From positions 29,377 to 93,376 of the forward strand of contig JADLGO010000059.1 in assembly GCA_020849275.1 (NCBI GenBank): a DNA stretch of 64,000 nt, given 5' to 3'. Shown piece by piece: positions 17,569-26,540 of the stretch (position 1 is its first letter; each line of letters begins with the position of its first letter). The position numbers and the translations under genes are program-made. Origin of the DNA: Chthonomonadales bacterium. Its GTDB lineage: Bacteria; Armatimonadota; Chthonomonadetes; Chthonomonadales; CAJBBX01. The notes beneath the pieces are model-generated. The model was given only the letters and a program-made list of their open reading frames with translations. It was not told the origin of the DNA and did no database searches.

Positions 17569-19533
17569 TCAGAACACGTGGCCGATGCTGAAGTGCGTCT
17601 TGGCGCCCTCGCGGCCGAAGCCCTGATCGATGCGGATGGGACCGATCGGGGTGACCACACGGAGCCCGAGTCCCAGGCCTAGCGACGGGCTGAAGCCTGC
17701 GTGCTGCGCGAACCCCTGGAACCTAACGTTCTCATAGGCTCCGCCCCAGGCATCGCCTATGTCGGCGAACAACACGCCGGTGAGGGCGTTGGCCAGGGGA
17801 GCGCGGTACTCGACCGAGCCAAGAAACATGTTCTTGCCCCAGAAGCGGTCCTCGTTGTAGCCGCGAAGCGTCTCGGCGCCGCCCACGAAGTACTGCTCAA
17901 AGAAGGGCAGCGTGCCCGTCGAGGTGCCGAGCACCAGGCGCAGGGCGATCACGTTGCGTCGGTCCTTCAGGTTCTTGCGCGCCCCCTGGAGGCTGAAGTA
18001 GCGGCGAGCGTCGGCCTGGTACTTCTGGAAGGTCACCGTTCCGAAGACGCCACCGACCGGCGTGGAGCCACCCGTCGTCCGCACCGGCTTGAGGTCGGCT
18101 TGCCCGACGTCCAGGCTGTAGAGCTCGTAGCCGCCGGAAGCAGGATCCAGGTCAACATCGCGCGTGTTGTGGGTTACGCGGAAGTTGACGGCGGCGAGAG
18201 GACCGTTCTGCAGCGCGGCGGCGTCCGTCGGGTTCAGGTCGAGCGGCGGCACGCGCACATTGTCGTACCGGAGCCCCACGTAGCCGCGGTAGGTCTCGCT
18301 GAACGGTCGAGAGACCATCACTTGGCCACCGGTGCGCACCTCGTAGTAGTCCGTGCTGTTGGTTGGCGTGTCCGGGCTACTGATGCGCTGGGCGAAGCGG
18401 TACACCGTCTTGTCGTAGAGGTTCACCGAGAGCGAGGTGTGCCGCTTATCCAGCCAGGGCTCCGTGAAGCCGACCTCAAACCCGCTGCGGTTGGCGAGGC
18501 CGCCTGTATCCCAGCGCAGGCTGATCTGCTGGCCGCGGCCCAGGAAGTTGCTCTCCCCCACCTCGGCGCCACCGACCAGCTGGTTGCGGCTGCTGTAGCC
18601 CACAAATACCGACACGGTGCCCGTGCGCTTCTCCTGCATGCTCAGGTTGAGGTCGACCACGCCCGGGGAGGGCTGGCCGATGGTCGGCGAAACGTCCTCG
18701 AAGAGGCCCGTATTGTAGATGCGAGTGTAGTCCTTGCGAAACTGGTCGATGTTGAAGTACTCCCCGGACTTCTGCGACATTTCGCGCGTGACCACGAACT
18801 CCTTGGTCTTCTTGAGCCCGGTGATCCGCACCTGGCCGATGCGGCCCACCACGATTGGCAGCGTCAGGATTCCGTTGTTGAACGAGATGTCGCTGGAGAC
18901 GAAGGCCTGATACCCGTGGTCCGTGTAGTAGGTCTGGATGCGGTCGATGTCGCTGCGCAGCGTGCCCATGTTGAGCACGCGGCCCTCCGTGGTCTGGAGC
19001 AGGTCGCGAATGATGGCCGCTCTCACGGGGCCGGTGCCGGTGATGTTGATGCCGCGCACGACGTCGTTCTCGTCGACCTCGATCACGACCTTGGCGGCCT
19101 CGCCCTCGATCTGGGCCTGAACGGTGACGCCCGCTTCCGGGTTATCGGGATGGTTGGCGCCGAAGTTCTGTGTGAGAAGGAGCCGCCGCTTGGCCTCATC
19201 GAGCGATGCCTGTGTGAGCGGGTCGCCGACCTTCAGGCCCGACGTAGCGACGATGGACTCGCGGTTGATGCTCTTGTTGCCGACTACCACGATATCCACG
19301 ATCTTCGGTGGCTGTGGCTGGGCGGGCTGCGGCTGGGCGGGCTGCGGCTGGGCGGGCTGTGGCTGGGCGGGCTGCGGCTGGGCGGGCTGTGGCTGGGCAG
19401 GCTGCGGCTGGGCGGGCTGTGGCTGGGCGGGCTGTGGCTGGGCGGCCGCCAGCAGAGGCACGAGCCAGCCGGCCAGGGCGATACACGCGGCAGCCAGCCG
19501 AACCAGCCTGCGTCTACCAACTCCACTCACCAA
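17569..19533 (-). CDS. bamA: outer membrane protein assembly factor BamA (Omp85 family) with Pro-rich N-terminal repeat
   Basis: ORF 17569-19563. The probable start is TTG 19533 or GTG 19530, 7-10 nt after GGAAGGAG. Signal peptide, (AQPQP)9 repeat, POTRA-like segments (IVDIVVVGNKSI..., VRGINITGTG..., IGQVRITGLKKTKEFVV...), a C-terminal beta-barrel and a terminal HFSIGHVF. Confidence 0.88.
   Translation of the reverse strand: MVSGVGRRRLVRLAAACIALAGWLVPLLAAAQPQPAQPQPAQPQPAQPQPAQPQPAQPQPAQPQPAQPQPAQPQPPKIVDIVVVGNKSINRESIVATSGLKVGDPLTQASLDEAKRRLLLTQNFGANHPDNPEAGVTVQAQIEGEAAKVVIEVDENDVVRGINITGTGPVRAAIIRDLLQTTEGRVLNMGTLRSDIDRIQTYYTDHGYQAFVSSDISFNNGILTLPIVVGRIGQVRITGLKKTKEFVVTREMSQKSGEYFNIDQFRKDYTRIYNTGLFEDVSPTIGQPSPGVVDLNLSMQEKRTGTVSVFVGYSSRNQLVGGAEVGESNFLGRGQQISLRWDTGGLANRSGFEVGFTEPWLDKRHTSLSVNLYDKTVYRFAQRISSPDTPTNSTDYYEVRTGGQVMVSRPFSETYRGYVGLRYDNVRVPPLDLNPTDAAALQNGPLAAVNFRVTHNTRDVDLDPASGGYELYSLDVGQADLKPVRTTGGSTPVGGVFGTVTFQKYQADARRYFSLQGARKNLKDRRNVIALRLVLGTSTGTLPFFEQYFVGGAETLRGYNEDRFWGKNMFLGSVEYRAPLANALTGVLFADIGDAWGGAYENVRFQGFAQHAGFSPSLGLGLGLRVVTPIGPIRIDQGFGREGAKTHFSIGHVF
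19310..19444 (-). repeat. nine tandem 15-bp units (GGCTGYGGCTGGGCR on + strand) encoding (AQPQP)9 in bamA
   Basis: Counted directly. Units start at 19310, 19325, 19340, 19355, 19370, 19385, 19400, 19415 and 19430. Only synonymous C/T and G/A differences separate the units. Confidence 0.95.
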
Positions 19534-19656
19534 GTTGCTGCTCCTTCCTTGCGGACCCATCATGGCGCCGAGCCTCGGGGCGGGAATGTCGCCCGAGGTC
19601 GAGGCCGTGGGGCCGTGACCAGCCGTGCGCGTTGTGCGCGGGACGCCGCCGCCGGG

Positions 19657-20226
19657 CTAGAGGTCGGGGCCTAGCTTGCGACGGAGCATCGCGCGAGCGC
19701 GCGACAACCGCGTCTTCACGTTGTCGATGGTAAGGCCGGTGGTGGCCGCGATGTCGTTGTAGGCGAGCCCGTTCATCTCGCGCAGGACGACAACCTCGCG
19801 GTACTCGGGCGGCAGCGTCTCCACGGCCGCGAGGATGCGGGCGCGGGTCTCCTTCGCCTCGAGTACCGTGTGGGGCGCCTGGCTGAGGTCGGCGATCTCG
19901 CGGCCGGAGGTCGGGCCGCCCTCGTCCCAGGCCGGCGGCTCGTCCAGGGACTGCATGTGGAGGGATCGCGTGCGCCCTCGCTGCCGAAGCCGGTTGCGAC
20001 AGTGGTTCACGGCGATCTGGTAGAGCCAGGTGTAGACCTGCGACTCGCCGCGAAACCCGCGATACGCCCGGTAGGCGCTGATGAAGGTCTCCTGCGTGAT
20101 GTCAGCGGCCTCTTCGTGATCGCCGAGGAACCTGTACACGAGGTTGAAGATCTTCTTCTCATACGCGGCGACCAGAGCATCGAAGCTCCTGTTGGCGTGC
20201 GCGTCGCCGGGCGGAAGATCAGGCAT
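19657..20226 (-). CDS. ECF-type RNA polymerase sigma-70 family factor
   Basis: 189 aa from ATG 20226 (MPDLPP). Region 2 is ADITQETFISAYRAYRGF...WLYQIAVN and region 4 is YREVVVLREMNGLAYNDIAATTGLTIDNVKTRLSRARAML. Confidence 0.85.
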   Translation of the reverse strand: MPDLPPGDAHANRSFDALVAAYEKKIFNLVYRFLGDHEEAADITQETFISAYRAYRGFRGESQVYTWLYQIAVNHCRNRLRQRGRTRSLHMQSLDEPPAWDEGGPTSGREIADLSQAPHTVLEAKETRARILAAVETLPPEYREVVVLREMNGLAYNDIAATTGLTIDNVKTRLSRARAMLRRKLGPDL

Positions 20227-20333
20227 CGGCCGGCCCTCAGGGCATACCCGGTCTGGCGCCGGTCTGCGCGCGCCGCCCGCCTGCGTCGCTGGTGGCGCGG
20301 CTCGGAAAGGCAGCACTTGGCCTGTGTTTCCCT

Positions 20334-23300
20334 CTAGAACCTGAAGACTCCTTCCACCCGGTACTCGTTCGTCCGTTGATCGTCGATGGTGTACGAGAGC
20401 TGAATGTGGCTGCGCACGCGGTAGCTGAGCTTGAGCTCCCAGGCGGCCGGCACCGAGCTGCCGGCCAGTCGCGCTCCAGAAAGGCGGCGCCAGTAGGTTA
20501 CCTCGAAAGGCCCGAAAAGCGGTCGCGAGACGCGCAGCGTGAACTGCTCGAACGTGTTGTACTCCAGCGCGAACTCGCTGAACCCGAGCGCGCGGCCGAT
20601 CCCGAGTTGATCGAGCAGGCCGGGCAGGAGACCGGCCGAGAGGATCTCGGTGAACTGCTCGGCGAGCGCGCGCCCCACGTTGCCCTGGCGGCTGAAGAGG
20701 CTCTCGATGGCGGCCTGGCCGCCGAGCAGGCCGGTCACCCGCCGCTGCAGCCCGGCGGAGGTGAGAGCCAGATCCGGCGGGTCCGAGCGGAAAGTCAGCC
20801 GCAGGCCCCGCCCGGCTCCCGCGCCCGGGGTGTCATCCGAGCCAAGGATCGAGACAGGCGCTTCGGAGTTGATCGGCCCCTGAGCCTCCACCGTGATCGT
20901 GTAGCGCTTGCGCACGCCGTTCACCGAGGTGGCCGTCAGTCGCGTCTGCGCGGTCACGTTCACCAGAATGGCCAGCGTCGGGTCCGTCAGGTGCACTTCC
21001 GTGTAGGCGGGGTAGCGCACGGTGACGGTGCCTCCGCTCGCGATGGTGAACCGCGCGGTCGGGAACGCCAGAGTGCCGCCGTCGACCGTCAGTGTGCCGT
21101 TGATCGAGGGGCTCTCGATCGTGCCGCCGATCTCGACAGGCGCGCCCTCGGCGGAGCTGACCGACACCGTCATCATGGCCGCGCTGACACGCACCCGCTC
21201 GCCCAGGCGGATGGCCAGGTCGAAGCTGGGAAGCACGGGGAGAGCCACCGGCCCGCCGACGGCTTCGGCCACGACCTCGGGCATCTTGAAGTCGGTGCGT
21301 CGGACGCGGATGTCGCCCGCGATGTGCGGCCGGGCGACGTCACCCGTGACCGTCAGGGCGAGACCTGGCTCGGCCTCCGCCGCGCCGGCCAACTCGCCGA
21401 CGGCTCGCCCCGTGCCGAACACTGGCAGAGGCGCCTCGGCGAACACGATCCGCTGCGCTGTGATGGTCAGCGGCTCGCCCCCTGCCACACCGGGCCGCAG
21501 CGGCAGCGAGCCGCGCACGACGAGCGGCGAGCCCTTGACCACCGCGGCCCCCGTGCGCGGGTCGATCACGTCGACGCGCGCGGAAAACTCTTTGCCCGTC
21601 AGCGGGTTGCGGCCGATGCGCAGCCGGTCGCCCGCAAGCTCCAGCGTAGCGTCAACATCATCCAGAACGGTCGACATGCGGTCGTAGCGGATGCGGTTCG
21701 CCGTCACGACAACGGTGCCGGTCACGTTGGGGGGAGCGGCTCCCGACGCGATCTCCTGGTCTGCGCGGCGCAACTCCGCCAGAGTGCCCTGGTAGGCCAT
21801 GTCGGCGCGGATCCGACCATCCAGGTCGATGTCGATCCCGGGCAGGAGCGCGTTGAACAGGTCGAGGCTCTGCTCGGGGAGATGGGCCTCCAGGCGGATC
21901 GGCGCATCATCCGCCACATAGGGCGGGCCCCAGGCGAAGCGCGTCTCGCCGCTCGCGTGGGCCTCGTAGCGCTCGGGCGGGCCGGTCTCCCCGGGCGCGG
22001 GCGGCTTCGAGAGCCCGACCGCGAGATCCTCCACATAGAGGCGGTTGCCTGCGATGCCGGCCGCCAGGCGGACCGCGTCGAACTGCACGGCCGGCGGCGC
22101 CGTGGGGCTGGCGACCTCGCCGGCGCGGATCGCGACGTTGCGCAACTCGGCAGTGACCGTCAGGTCGGGACTGGAGGGCGTGCCGCCGACCGCCCGCACC
22201 ACGGCGTTGTCGACCGTGCCGCCGATTCGTGCCAGGATGGCGCGCCCCGGAAACCACCGGCGCAGCAAGTCCATCGTCAGGTTGTTCACCTGCACCTCGC
22301 CCCGGAGGCTCTCATCGACGACGAGCGTGCCGCTGGCGCCGATAGAGAGGTCTTCCGCCTCCAGCGTGGCCTCCTCGAGCGCGATGCGGCCGGCGTCGGC
22401 TTTCACGCTGCCGCGAAACCTTCGGATCGGCTGGCCTCCCACCTCCATGTCGACGGCCTGCCACTCGAAGGAGGCGCGCGGCTCTGTGGCGAGGCCCGAA
22501 ACCCCAAACCGCGCGTCTAGCGAGCCACTCAACGGGTTGATGGCCGGGCTGAGCCACTGGGTGACGATGGAGTCGGGCCGACCCGCGAGGGCGGGACTGC
22601 GCACCGCGATCTGCTGCAGCACGTCGAGCGAGAAGTTGCGAACGCGTCCCTCCACGCTCACGGCGTTTCTCTCCTGGTCGTAGAGCGCTTCGTCCAGCGC
22701 GACGTAGCGCTGGTCGGTGCCGATGCGTATGGGCGGCTCGTCCGGCGTGGCCGCGGCCGCGCGCCAGCGCCCATCGTTCACCTCGACGCGGGCTCGCATG
22801 TCGCCAAGGGGCTCCTCGGCCACGGTCAGGTCGCTTACCGAGACAACAATGGTTCCCGAGAGCCCGGCGACCTTCCCCTCCGCCAGCGTACCGTCCAGTG
22901 TGCCGTGCGCCGCGGCCGTTCCGGTCAGGTGGGTGTAGGGGTTCTCCAGCAGGCTGAGCGGAACGTCGTTGGCCTCGAAGGAGGCGTGCAGCCCGCCGGA
23001 CCGCTCGAGCGACGCCGTGCCGGTGAGGGTGGCCTGGTCGAGCCTGGCGATCAGGTCGCGCACGCGCAAGGTGTGGTCGGCCAGCGCGTAAGTGACCACC
23101 GCGGTCATGCGGTCGAGGATAACGTCGCCGAACCCTGGCCGATCGACCTGGATCGGATCGGCCGCGATGCGGACGTTGGGTAGCGTGCCGGTCACCTCGA
23201 TCTGGCCGCTGGCGGTGCCGGTGACGGTCGCCTCGTTGCCGGCCATCCGCGCGGCATCCTGAACCTCCAGATGCTCGAAGCTGCCGCTGAGCGCCACGCT

Positions 23301-25376
23301 GGCCTGGCCGGAGAGCGGCCGCCGAACCATGCCAGTGAGCTCCAGGGTGGCGGGCAGCCTCTGCGCGTCGGCTTGCACCGAGAGCGCCTCCGTCGTGCCA
23401 GTGATCGCGATCGTGGCCACGTCCACCTGGAACTTGCCCAGCCCGGCGCCGAACGTCTGCGCCCGCGCCGTGATCCGGGGCCGCGACCAGGGCCCACGCG
23501 CCTCGAACCGGCGCACGAACAGGACCCCGGTCAGTGGCTGATCGGGAGCGGCGTCAAGCTTGATCGGAAGGTCTGCCAGGTGGATGCCGCGCGCCGTGCC
23601 ACGCAGTGCCAGTGTGCGGGCGGCGACGTCGATGGTGCCCCGGGCGATCGCCACGGCTGACCCGGCGCGCAGGAGCAGGGGCTCAACGCGCACCACGCGC
23701 CCGTCGGACGATAGAGACGCCGACAGCCCGTCGAACGCCATATCGTTCAGGTTTAGCGATGAAACTCGTACAGTCATGCGCCCGGAAGGCAACGTGGACC
23801 CGGTGGTGCCCTGGGCGTCCACGTCGACGCTGGCGATGCCGGCCACCTTCGCGTTTCGGGGGAGCCGCGTGACGAGGTCGGGGATCCGCGCCAGGCGCAC
23901 GCCGCGCAGGCGCGCCGCGGCGCTGTAGCGGATGGGGCCCGGCCCGAGCGCGACGTCCACGCGGGCGTTGATGGCGCCCCCGGCGATGCTTGCCCGGACG
24001 TCGAGGGCCGCGCGCCGCTCGGCGTACTCGCCCGATAGGCGGATGGCGGTGACGCGGTAGTCGCGGAAGCGCACCAGGGGCAGCGTCCCCGCGACGGCCA
24101 CGCGCGGGTGCGCCAGGGTGCCGGCGGCCGCGACCCGGAAGTCGCCGGGCTCGGCGCCGGTCCGCGCGCCGCGCGCCGAGCCGGAGGCGGAGACGCGGCC
24201 CGCGAGCTGGAACGCCGGGTCCGTGAGCGTGCCGCGCACCGTGCCGCGCGCCGTCAGGCTGCCTCGCACGCCCTCCAGCCCCAACTCGCGCGCCCGCGTG
24301 GTCATGCCGGCGGCAGCGATGAGCGGCGCGATGGCGGGCGCCGCCACGCGCACGCGCGCGTCGACGCGCGTCCTCGTCAGGCCGATAGCGCGCCCATCCA
24401 CCACGACGGTGGCGCCAGCGAGCGTTCCGGCCGCCTGCCCGGCCAGCGTATCGCCGACCAGCGTGAAGGTTGCGTTGATCTGTCGGAGCGGGCGCGCCAG
24501 CCGCGTCGAGGCGAGCGACGCGTCCCGGACGGCCGCCTCGCCCCAGAGGCCGACGGCGGCGAGACCCTGCGCGTCGGGCCGTGTCAGCACGGTCAGGCGT
24601 CCGGAGGCGCGCCCAGCGGTCACGTCCAGATCGGCGGGAAGGAAACGCGGCACGGCGCTGGCCAGCGCGACGTTCGTCGCCCAGACGGTCAGGGCGATGG
24701 CTCGAGCCTGGGTGTCGTAGGTGCCCTGCGCCTCCATCGAATCGAAAAGGCGGCTCGCGCTGCCCATGTTCACGTGCCAACTGAGGCCGCGGTCTCGGTA
24801 GGTGTCGATGTGGCCCGCCACGCCGGTCAGCGTCATGTGGAGGGGGCGAGGCGTCCTGCCGCGGCCGTGTGGGGCGGCCGCATCGTTGTACACGATGGTG
24901 GAGTCGGCGAGGGTGAGGCGTCCGACGATGGGGCGACCCTCCGGCTTCCTCGGCGGCCGGATAAGGTCGGCGAAGTTCCAGCGGCCCGCGGCGTCACGGG
25001 CCACGTGGGCCCACAGGCCTTCGGCGCGCGCGGCGCCGAAGATGGGCACCGCCTGGTCGCGCTCGAGCAGCAGGTTCACCAGGTCTAGGTCGACCTCCAC
25101 GCGCCGGGCAGTTGCGATGGGGCCGCTCTCGGCAAGGGTGCGCCCGGCGGCCACGGCGACGTCTGCCAGCACCAAGTGGCCGCCCCGTACGCGCGCGGAG
25201 CCGATGCGCACCTCGTGGCCAAGCGCGGCCGTCGCGGCCTGGGCCAGCAGCGGACCGATTCCCTGGCTCGCGCGCGTGAGATAGCGTCGCACCGCGAAGT
25301 AGCCGAACATGGCGATGGCGACGAGCGGGATAGTGAAGACGAGGAGGGTGAGGAGCCGGCGCAGGGACCGCATCAT
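20334..25376 (-). CDS. tamB: translocation and assembly module protein TamB-like (AsmA-like family, DUF490 C-terminus)
   Basis: 1680 aa. One N-terminal TM helix (LLTLLVFTIPLVAIAMFGYFAV), a very long beta-rich body and a C-terminal end ...WELKLSYRVRSHIQLSYTIDDQRTNEYRVEGVFRF, as in TamB. Confidence 0.8.
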   Translation of the reverse strand: MMRSLRRLLTLLVFTIPLVAIAMFGYFAVRRYLTRASQGIGPLLAQAATAALGHEVRIGSARVRGGHLVLADVAVAAGRTLAESGPIATARRVEVDLDLVNLLLERDQAVPIFGAARAEGLWAHVARDAAGRWNFADLIRPPRKPEGRPIVGRLTLADSTIVYNDAAAPHGRGRTPRPLHMTLTGVAGHIDTYRDRGLSWHVNMGSASRLFDSMEAQGTYDTQARAIALTVWATNVALASAVPRFLPADLDVTAGRASGRLTVLTRPDAQGLAAVGLWGEAAVRDASLASTRLARPLRQINATFTLVGDTLAGQAAGTLAGATVVVDGRAIGLTRTRVDARVRVAAPAIAPLIAAAGMTTRARELGLEGVRGSLTARGTVRGTLTDPAFQLAGRVSASGSARGARTGAEPGDFRVAAAGTLAHPRVAVAGTLPLVRFRDYRVTAIRLSGEYAERRAALDVRASIAGGAINARVDVALGPGPIRYSAAARLRGVRLARIPDLVTRLPRNAKVAGIASVDVDAQGTTGSTLPSGRMTVRVSSLNLNDMAFDGLSASLSSDGRVVRVEPLLLRAGSAVAIARGTIDVAARTLALRGTARGIHLADLPIKLDAAPDQPLTGVLFVRRFEARGPWSRPRITARAQTFGAGLGKFQVDVATIAITGTTEALSVQADAQRLPATLELTGMVRRPLSGQASVALSGSFEHLEVQDAARMAGNEATVTGTASGQIEVTGTLPNVRIAADPIQVDRPGFGDVILDRMTAVVTYALADHTLRVRDLIARLDQATLTGTASLERSGGLHASFEANDVPLSLLENPYTHLTGTAAAHGTLDGTLAEGKVAGLSGTIVVSVSDLTVAEEPLGDMRARVEVNDGRWRAAAATPDEPPIRIGTDQRYVALDEALYDQERNAVSVEGRVRNFSLDVLQQIAVRSPALAGRPDSIVTQWLSPAINPLSGSLDARFGVSGLATEPRASFEWQAVDMEVGGQPIRRFRGSVKADAGRIALEEATLEAEDLSIGASGTLVVDESLRGEVQVNNLTMDLLRRWFPGRAILARIGGTVDNAVVRAVGGTPSSPDLTVTAELRNVAIRAGEVASPTAPPAVQFDAVRLAAGIAGNRLYVEDLAVGLSKPPAPGETGPPERYEAHASGETRFAWGPPYVADDAPIRLEAHLPEQSLDLFNALLPGIDIDLDGRIRADMAYQGTLAELRRADQEIASGAAPPNVTGTVVVTANRIRYDRMSTVLDDVDATLELAGDRLRIGRNPLTGKEFSARVDVIDPRTGAAVVKGSPLVVRGSLPLRPGVAGGEPLTITAQRIVFAEAPLPVFGTGRAVGELAGAAEAEPGLALTVTGDVARPHIAGDIRVRRTDFKMPEVVAEAVGGPVALPVLPSFDLAIRLGERVRVSAAMMTVSVSSAEGAPVEIGGTIESPSINGTLTVDGGTLAFPTARFTIASGGTVTVRYPAYTEVHLTDPTLAILVNVTAQTRLTATSVNGVRKRYTITVEAQGPINSEAPVSILGSDDTPGAGAGRGLRLTFRSDPPDLALTSAGLQRRVTGLLGGQAAIESLFSRQGNVGRALAEQFTEILSAGLLPGLLDQLGIGRALGFSEFALEYNTFEQFTLRVSRPLFGPFEVTYWRRLSGARLAGSSVPAAWELKLSYRVRSHIQLSYTIDDQRTNEYRVEGVFRF

Positions 25377-25488
25377 TTCGCTCCGGCTGCCGGTCCTCGC
25401 CAGCGGTGGGGTTCGGCTCCGGGGAACCGGGGAGCGTAGCCGTGGTCCCTCGGTACGGTGCGTGCAAGCATCGGCGCGTCCCCGCCGG

Positions 25489-26379
25489 TCAGGCGAGCGC
25501 GGCCGTCGCTGCCAGCCGGTCGCTCAGGATGCGCCTTGAGAACTCGATGGCGTTGTAGCTGCTGCGCGTGAAGGGGCCGGCCGCCACGAAGAGGAAGCCC
25601 ATCTCCATGCCGACGCGCTCCAGTTCGGTGAAGACCTCGGGCCGCACGTACTCCTTCACGGGCAGGTGGCTCATCGTCGGGCGCAGATACTGGCCGATGG
25701 TGACCGTGTCGACCTCGGCGGCTCGCAGGTCGCGCAAGGCGTGCACGACCTCGTCGAAGGTCTCACCCAGGCCGAGCATCATGCCGGATTTGGTGAAGAT
25801 GCGCCGGTCCAGGGCCTTGGCCGCCCGCAGAACATCGAGCGAGCGCTGGTAGCGGGCCTGAGGGCGCACCTCGGGCGAGAGCCGCTCGATGGTCTCGATG
25901 TTGTGGTTGAAGATGTCGGGTTGCGCGTCGGTGACCGCCCGAATGCACCAGCGCTTGCCCTTGAAGTCCGGCGTCAGCACCTCCACGATCACCCCGGGCA
26001 TGACCTCGCGCAGCGCCCGGATGGTTGCGGCGAACTGGCCGGAGCCCTCGTCGGGCATCTCGTCGCGGGCTACGGAGGTGACAACGACGTGGCGCAGCCC
26101 CATGCGCCGCGCCGTCTCGGCCACCCGTGCGGGCTCGTCGGGATCCGCCGCGTGCGGCCGACCGACCTTGATGGCGCAGAAGCCACAGGCGCGGGTGCAG
26201 ATGTCGCCGAGGATCATGAACGTGGCGGTCTTCTTCGACCAGCACTCGCCGAGGTTGGGGCAGCGGGCACTCTCGCAGACCGTGTGGAGGCTGGCCCCGC
26301 GCACCATGCGCTCGACCTCGCGGACGGTCCGCGGATCGGGGATCTTCTTGGTGAGCCACTCGGGGAGCGTTCGGTTCAC
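25489..26379 (-). CDS. lipA: lipoyl synthase
   Basis: 296 aa. CESARCPNLGECW and the radical-SAM motif CTRACGFC. Confidence 0.93.
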   Translation of the reverse strand: MNRTLPEWLTKKIPDPRTVREVERMVRGASLHTVCESARCPNLGECWSKKTATFMILGDICTRACGFCAIKVGRPHAADPDEPARVAETARRMGLRHVVVTSVARDEMPDEGSGQFAATIRALREVMPGVIVEVLTPDFKGKRWCIRAVTDAQPDIFNHNIETIERLSPEVRPQARYQRSLDVLRAAKALDRRIFTKSGMMLGLGETFDEVVHALRDLRAAEVDTVTIGQYLRPTMSHLPVKEYVRPEVFTELERVGMEMGFLFVAAGPFTRSSYNAIEFSRRILSDRLAATAALA

Positions 26380-26467
26380 GGAGTGTCCTTCCCGTCACCT
26401 GTGCGGCGGTTCGGCCGGTCGCCGCCGGTTGGGTCCCAGTGTACCGGATCCGCTCCCGTGCGTCAAC

Positions 26468-26500
26468 CGCCGTTGGGCCGGGACGCGCCGTTGGGCCGGG
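26468..26500. repeat. 15-bp perfect direct repeat CGCCGTTGGGCCGGG x2 (18-bp period) in the oxidoreductase-lipA intergenic region
   Basis: Copies read directly at 26468-26482 and 26486-26500. Confidence 0.8.
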
Positions 26501-26540
26501 GCAGCGGCCCGGCGGCGCCGCCCCGGCCCCGCTCGGGCCG

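Noticed and set aside
19310-19444. Regular 15-bp repeat array considered as a CRISPR or non-coding VNTR
   Set aside because: There are no spacers, because the units are directly adjacent. The array is in frame within bamA, and differences between units are synonymous.
20292-22520. 742-aa + strand ORF
   Set aside because: It is antisense to tamB and has the same low-complexity R/A/G/D composition. There is no start context or recognisable domain.
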